Shown here in pieces: positions 62,899-64,000 of a stretch of DNA of 64,000 bases (position 1 is its first letter; each line of letters opens with the position of its first letter). The translations under genes were made by a program, and so were the position numbers. The notes under the pieces were generated by a model. That model did no database searches. It was not told the origin of the DNA and worked only from the letters and a program-made list of their open reading frames with translations. Source of the stretch: Chrysomallon squamiferum (taxonomy: Eukaryota; Animalia; Mollusca); assembly GCA_012295275.1 (NCBI GenBank), contig CM022678.1:18414001-18478000 (forward strand). Direction: 5' to 3'.

Positions 62899-64000
62899 CA
62901 GGTATACACACAATAATAATAATAAAAATAATGATGATGATGAAGATGATGATAATGATAATAATAACATGAATTACAGTAGCAACAACAACAACAACAG
63001 CAGCAATAGCAACAACATCAGTTACACTAATAATCAATGAATACAGGAATGTCTGTGTATCTGTATGTGTGTATGTGAATGTGTAACTGTATCTTTTTTT
63101 TTTTTTTTATGTTATACTTTTGTATGTATAATTTATTCTTAAAGACGAGTGTATGAGTGTGTGTACATAATCGTTATTACAATTTCATATATACACAGAC
63201 ACATAATTGCTCATTTCAAATGCCAGCAAATCACCACTCATTCTCTGTTCTCTGTGTCTACGCTCTTCTTCTGTCTCGAATAAACTTTTATTGTGCACTG
63301 GTGAATTACTGACTGAAAGAATATTTAGTTAAGGACACCTGAACGTTTTTTTTGACAAGTGTCAGATAAAATGATTGTTTGTTGCTCTGTCGTCAGGTAC
63401 AATAGTTTGTATAAGTACGTTTTATCTGAGATAACACGACAAGCAGATAGCTTCAGGATCAAACCCCGGCGAATTGTTTCGCCTTTCTGATTCGTTCTGA
63501 TAGTTCTGTATATAGAAAATACAGCATGATGTACCTGTATTTTGTCCATCAGTCAGTCTCTTTATCTATCTGTCTCTTTGTATGTCTGTCTGTCTGTCTG
63601 TTTGTCTATTTATCTAGTGTAGATTATTAAAAGGTATTATTTCAAAATATGCACTTTCGAAAATGTGACGTCATTCGTGTTTTTCGTCTCTGTATTCATG
63701 TTGCAAAATAGTCTTCCAACAAATAAAGCTTAATGGAAAATTATATAGTGGGTTCTTTTTTTTTTTTTAAGAAATATTCAACCACACCTTAAATTAATGT
63801 CACTCTTAATATTGTCACTGAATAATGAGGTAATTTCTGTTTGGTTTTGCGTCATAAAATTCCTGTATTTCTACGCACTGTTATGCAAATGAGGCCGGTC
63901 GCGGCGTAGGAATACAAACCCTGGGGGGTATTTATCCAAATGAAATCTTCGATTTTTCCATCAGGCATTGGCACTGGATGTTTTGAAGTGAAGTCATAAT

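Overview
Eukaryotic, very AT-rich and microsatellite-dense DNA. It is probably molluscan/gastropod, an inference from gene style and repeat type. (1) 0-20.5 kb: a tandem array of four near-identical minus-strand, four-exon genes (A-D) encoding secreted proteins of signal peptide + F-type lectin (fucolectin) domain + PAN/apple-like domain. (2) About 21-28 kb: a decayed, internally duplicated plus-strand gene relic, one segment of which resembles a TIR-domain C-terminus. (3) A head-to-head housekeeping pair, POLR3K (with a GC-AG intron) and GEMIN7. (4) A fifth, inverted and apparently chimeric lectin gene (E, 41.4-45.3 kb) with a Tigger/pogo remnant in intron 1. (5) A homogeneous 76-bp tandem repeat, then a gene-poor, repeat-rich tail with CpG-rich regulatory patches and a possible first exon of a gene that runs out of the window. 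The main signal is that the lectin paralogs are almost invariant in framework and PAN domain but hypervariable and mosaic in the loops around the fucose pocket. Most ORFs in the supplied track are microsatellite artefacts.
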